The notes under the pieces are model-generated. The model was not told the DNA's origin and did not search any database. It saw nothing but the letters and a program-made list of their open reading frames with translations. Below are positions 59,860 through 64,000 of a stretch of 64,000 nt of DNA, in pieces (positions within the stretch are counted from its first letter, which is position 1; each line of letters starts with the position of its first letter). The position numbers and the translations under genes were made by a program. The stretch is from positions 480,001-544,000 of the forward strand of contig CAVTHK010000001.1 of the NCBI GenBank assembly GCA_963734495.1. The letters run 5' to 3'. The DNA comes from an uncultured Spirochaetota bacterium (GTDB taxonomy: Bacteria > Spirochaetota > Spirochaetia > SZUA-6 > CAVTHK01).

Positions 59860-61009
59860 GTGAGGAAGAACAGGCTGCAGGTCGAGCTCGAGGCCCGGCG
59901 GGCCGCGGGGCCCGTCATCGACCTGATCGACACGAGCTTCCACGCCAACGGGCTACCTGTTCCCCGCCGGGCCGCTGGCGGAGTGGCTCGCGGAATACGC
60001 GGGCAGCCGAAGCTACTCGCCGCACCCGCGCGGCTCGCCCGAAGCGCGGGCGAGCATCGCGGCGTACTATGCGGCGGCGGGCATTCGCCTCGACGCCGAG
60101 AGCATCCTCATCACCGCGTCGGCTTCGGAGAGCTACCACCTGCTGTTCAACACACTGGCAGAGCCCGGAGACAACGTGCTCCTGCCCAGGCCCGGCTACC
60201 CGCTGTTCGACTACCTCGCCTCGTTCAGCCGCCTCGAGACCCGCTCCTACCGCCTCGATCCCGATCGCGCCTGGAGCGTCGATCTGGAGTCGGTGGAGCG
60301 GGCGATCGACGGGAGGACCCGCTTCGTCGTGCTGATCTCGCCCAACAACCCCACGGGCCGGGTGGCTTCGGCTGCCGAGGTCGAGGGGCTGCTCGCGGTC
60401 TGCGCCCGGCGCGGCGTCCCCGTCGTCTGCGACGAGGTCTTCAGCGAGTTTCTCTACGATGGGGCGACTCTCGCGCGACCCGCCGCAGCCGACAGCGGCG
60501 TCCTCGTGTTCACGCTCAACGGCGTGTCCAAGATGTTCGCGTCGCCGGACCTCAAGCTGGGATGGATCGCCGTGACCGGGCCGCGGGGCCGCGCAGGCGA
60601 AGCGCTCGAGGCTCTCGAGACGGTCAACGACATCTACTTGAGCTGCTCGAGCCCGGCGCAGTTTCTCCTGCCGCGGCTGTTCGCGCACGGGGCGGCATTC
60701 CAGCGCGGGATGGTGGCGCGCGTCGATGCGGGCCGACGGCTTCTCGTCGGCCTGCTCTCGAGCCTGCCGCGCGTGCGCCTCGCGACCCCGACCGGCGGCA
60801 TCCACGCGATCCTGGACCTCGGGCCCCAGGCCACCGGCGCACCCGACGATGAGGAGCTCTGCGTCCGGCTCCTCCGCGAGCAGTCGGTCTACGTGCACCC
60901 CGGGTACTTCTACGACATCGAGGACCGGGTCGCCTTCATTTTGAGCTTCCTCAAGGAGAAGTCCCAGCTCGAAGAGGGGCTGGCGCGCCTGGCGCGATTC
61001 CTCGGCTGA
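59860..61009 (+). CDS. PLP-dependent aminotransferase class I/II; frameshift near 59955
   Basis: ITASASESY, PGYPLF, SPNNPTG, CDEVF, NGVSKM, VHPGYFY. Confidence 0.9.
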
Positions 61010-61111
61010 CCCCCGGCGGGACGCGCGCGCGCCTCAGTGACCGGACCGCGAAAGACGCATCCGCGCGGGTGAAACGCATCCGTGCGGCGCCTCCTCGCCG
61101 CTCGGCGGCTG

Positions 61112-63550
61112 CTAAGGAGCCGCCCCGGCGACCTCGACCAGCGCGCGGCGCTCGAGGCCCCGGCCGAAGCCGCGCAGGTACGGCAGGAGCGGGAAACGCG
61201 GCCCGACGCTGAGGTCCAGGCACCAGACGCCGTCGGCGAGCAGGCAGGTCCCGCCCGCGAGCGCGCGACGCGCCTTGGCCGCCGGCTGCAGGCGCCAGCC
61301 GCCGCCGTCGCGCAGCGCCGTGACCGGAGCGTGCGCGCGGTTGAGGGCGTCGGCGAGCCGCGGTCCCGCCTGGGGAAAGAGCTCGTCCGCGAGCCGCACG
61401 CGCAGCCGCAGGTGCGACGGCGCGGGCGCGCCGGCTTCGGCGGCGCCGAGCAGCGCGAGCCCGCCCGGCGTGGAGGCCCGCGCCTCGAGCGCGGCGAGCA
61501 GCCGCTCGCTCCTCCACGCGACCAGCCCGAACAGCGATTCCCCGTACCAGGGGATCGCAGGCGCCCAGAACGACTCCTGCTCGCGCGCCAGCCGCGAGAG
61601 GGTGAGCTCGCGCACGTCGAGCAGGTCGTTCACGAGCCCCGCGTCCAGGCTCATCAGCTCCCGCGCGATCCAGGCGGAAAGCTCCTCGCTGCCCATGCCG
61701 GCCGCGGATTCCGGCACGCGCAGGCGCGCGGGCAGCGGCGCGAGCGCCGCCTTTTCGCGCACCACGCGACGCACCTCGCGGATCAGGGTGTCGGGCACGG
61801 GCCGCCGGGCGACCGCCGGCGCGGGAGCGGCCGGCGCCTCCCCCGCCAGGGCCGCCGTCGCGGCCACGTAGCGCGCGTACAGCGCCGCCTGCGCGACCGC
61901 CCCGGTCACGAAGCCGAGCGGGAACCCGTAGTCCGCCGGCTTGGGCGCGGTGAAGTCCGCGCTCACCGCCTGCGGGTGCGCCGCCATCCATGCCTTGAGC
62001 ACCTCCCACGTCCCGGGTTGCGCCTCGCCCTCGTAGACGTGCCCGTCGCGCGCGAGCTCCCGCACCGCGTCGCAGAGCCACCGCCCGCCGAGCGCGAGCA
62101 CCTGGCAGAGCGCGTACTCGGGCCATGACGAGGCGAGCCGGAACTCGTAGCCCGCGCCGGCCACCGCGGAGCGCGCTCGGCTCACGGAGGGCTGCCACCG
62201 CTCCTGCTCGAGAAGCAGCCGGTCGAATGCGAGCGGCGTGAAGGGCATGCGGATGAGCCTGTTGAAGCTGAAGACGATCCGCGTGCGGTTCCTCCTGGCC
62301 TCGGCCTCCCCGCGCAGCCAGGCGAGGAACGCCTTGAGCTCGGCGAAATCCTCGTCCGTCTCGTAGCCCGAGAGCAGGTAGAAGAGCTTGACCTCGCGCG
62401 CCCCGGCGGCCAGCAGGTCCGAGAGCACCCGCCTCACGCGCCCCTCGTCGAGCCGCTTGTCCATGAAACGGCGCTGCCGCTCGCTCACGCCCTCCACGCC
62501 CAGCGTGAAGCTGCGCTTGCCGGCGGCCATCTCGGCCTCGAGCAGCCCGCGCGTGTCGGCCAGGATGTCCGCGCGCTGGCTCATCAGGCTGACCTCGGCG
62601 AAGAGCCGGTTGAGCTCGAGCGCGAGGGGGATGATGTCGCGGTGCGTGTTGAAGTTGAAGCTCGAAAGCTCGAGCGAGCGAGCGCCCGTCGCCCGCTTGA
62701 GCTCGGCCGCGGCCGCGAGCAGCTCCTCGGCAGGCACCTCGCGGTAGGGCTTGCGGCCGTATCCTTCGAAGCAGAACGCGCAGGTAAAGGGGCAACCGTA
62801 GGAGATCTGCAGCCGCGCCGTTCCGGCCTCCCTCCCCGGCAGCACGGGGTACTCGGTGACGAGCTCCCTCGCGCGCGGCGCGGGGCAGACCGCCGCTTTG
62901 ACCGCGGCGCTCGTCGAGCCGGCGAGCCAGAGCCCCGCGATCTCCCCGGCGGCGCGGCGCAGCAGCTCCTTCGCGCCCGCCCCGCGCGACTCGGCAAAGA
63001 TGCGCGTGAGGTGCTCGACGTGCCCTTCACCTTCGCCAAAGAAGATCGCGTCTACCATCGCGTCGCCGGACCCGCTCACGATCGCCTGCGACGCGAGCGC
63101 ACTGGAGCCCCCGAGCACGAACGCGGGGCCTGCGGGTCGCTCCGACGCCATGAGCGGAAGCCCGGAGCGCTCGAGCAGCACGGGGAGATTGAGCAGCTCC
63201 AGCACGAAGGAGCAGGAGACCAGCGCCAGATCGAAGTCCTCCACGGAGCGCGAAGAGGCGACGCCGACGAGCGGCGGAACGCCGTTCGCGGCGAGCAGGG
63301 CCGCGTCTTCGCGGCCGGGGAAGAAGCAGAAGTCCACGAAGACGCCACGGCCGCCCCTGCGCGCCTCCTGGGCGAGGAACAGGTGCGTCGTCGAGCGGTC
63401 GACGTCGCCGTAGGGGGAGAGGCGCACGATGAGGACGCGCAGAGACGCCTCCCCCCACGCGGGATTCGCGACGCGAGCCGCCGTGAGATCGCCGAGCCTG
63501 AGGAGATGTCGGTGCGAGGTGAAGAACGCGCCGTGGTCGGCCAGGGCTCC
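61112..63550 (-). CDS. Radical SAM protein (TIGR03960-like core with long C-terminal extension); start codon unresolved
   Basis: CxxxCxxC in GCPFTCAFC; DFDLALVSCSFVLELLN...SGLPL.ASER, GEGE, TLGVEG.SER; frame stays open upstream of 63427 to about 63580; TTGACC-N17-TAGCTT promoter at 63562-63590. Confidence 0.85.
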   Translation of the reverse strand, partial: GALADHGAFFTSHRHLLRLGDLTAARVANPAWGEASLRVLIVRLSPYGDVDRSTTHLFLAQEARRGGRGVFVDFCFFPGREDAALLAANGVPPLVGVASSRSVEDFDLALVSCSFVLELLNLPVLLERSGLPLMASERPAGPAFVLGGSSALASQAIVSGSGDAMVDAIFFGEGEGHVEHLTRIFAESRGAGAKELLRRAAGEIAGLWLAGSTSAAVKAAVCPAPRARELVTEYPVLPGREAGTARLQISYGCPFTCAFCFEGYGRKPYREVPAEELLAAAAELKRATGARSLELSSFNFNTHRDIIPLALELNRLFAEVSLMSQRADILADTRGLLEAEMAAGKRSFTLGVEGVSERQRRFMDKRLDEGRVRRVLSDLLAAGAREVKLFYLLSGYETDEDFAELKAFLAWLRGEAEARRNRTRIVFSFNRLIRMPFTPLAFDRLLLEQERWQPSVSRARSAVAGAGYEFRLASSWPEYALCQVLALGGRWLCDAVRELARDGHVYEGEAQPGTWEVLKAWMAAHPQAVSADFTAPKPADYGFPLGFVTGAVAQAALYARYVAATAALAGEAPAAPAPAVARRPVPDTLIREVRRVVREKAALAPLPARLRVPESAAGMGSEELSAWIARELMSLDAGLVNDLLDVRELTLSRLAREQESFWAPAIPWYGESLFGLVAWRSERLLAALEARASTPGGLALLGAAEAGAPAPSHLRLRVRLADELFPQAGPRLADALNRAHAPVTALRDGGGWRLQPAAKARRALAGGTCLLADGVWCLDLSVGPRFPLLPYLRGFGRGLERRALVEVAGAAP

Positions 63551-63643
63551 CCCCGAACGGAAAGCTAGGCACCGCCGCGGCGGCGGTCAAGCCCGCGCCT
63601 CTCGCTATCCAGCGGCGGCGCGGCTGCCTATACTGCGCGGACC

Positions 63644-64000
63644 GTGAGTTCGAGCCTCATCGACCGCGCTCGACGGCGCTGGAGCGAGCGGGGCGGCTAC
63701 CGCGAGCTGCTCGCGATGGCGGTGCCGCTGATCCTGAGCACGAGCGCGTCGAGCGTGCAGCAGTTCATCGACCGGATGTTCCTCTCGTGGTACTCCGCGG
63801 ACGCCGTCGCCGCGGCCCTGCCAGCGGGCCTGGTCAACTTCGCCATCTCCACGATCTTCGTGGGAACGGCGGGCTATGTGAACACCTTTGTCGCCCAGTA
63901 TCACGGCGCCGGGCGGCCCCACCGCATCGGACCTTCGCTCTGGCAGGGGCTCTACGTCTCCGCGATCGGCGGCGCGTTCCTGCTGGCCCTGGCGCCGGCC
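63644..64000 (+). CDS. MATE family efflux transporter (3' end outside window)
   Basis: GGYRELLAMAVPLILS...QFIDRMFLSW...NTFVAQYHGAG; GTG 9 nt after TATACT; absent from the ORF track. Confidence 0.9.
   Translation, partial: MSSSLIDRARRRWSERGGYRELLAMAVPLILSTSASSVQQFIDRMFLSWYSADAVAAALPAGLVNFAISTIFVGTAGYVNTFVAQYHGAGRPHRIGPSLWQGLYVSAIGGAFLLALAPA

Noticed and set aside
1-64000. Numerous long Arg/Gly/Pro-rich alternative-frame and antisense ORFs in the track
   Set aside because: Expected shadow ORFs in a high-GC genome; each overlaps a gene with clear family motifs

Overview
A very GC-rich bacterial chromosomal segment, probably from an uncultured Spirochaetota lineage. That assignment is inferred from the MraY, ArgA, BMP and DUF2147 types and is not proven. 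It carries about 60 mostly metabolic and transport genes: hemL, an ATP-dependent DNA ligase, three ABC importers, an RND pair, GH38 and GH4 glycosidases, corA, a sigma54-driven glnA, argA, mraY, a radical SAM enzyme and a MATE transporter. I found no rRNA, tRNA, CRISPR array or recognisable mobile element. Many single-base frameshifts, including in glnA and mraY, look like long-read consensus errors rather than pseudogenes. The most notable unexplained elements are: (1) a candidate small RNA at about 58.49-58.66 kb, with its own sigma70 promoter, made of three GC-clamped hairpins that each display the same anti-Shine-Dalgarno loop, which matches the RBS of an ABC solute-binding gene in this window over 13 nt; (2) an orphan Hcp (T6SS tube fold) fused behind a Sec signal peptide, a coiled coil and a collagen repeat; (3) an ECF sigma factor whose two neighbours share a TGTAACC-N15/16-CGTC promoter, with a near-identical motif in front of the Hcp-collagen gene; (4) a ribbon-helix-helix microprotein with heptad-repeat arrays in its leader; (5) a bacterial cereblon (CULT) protein; (6) frequent leaderless gene starts.
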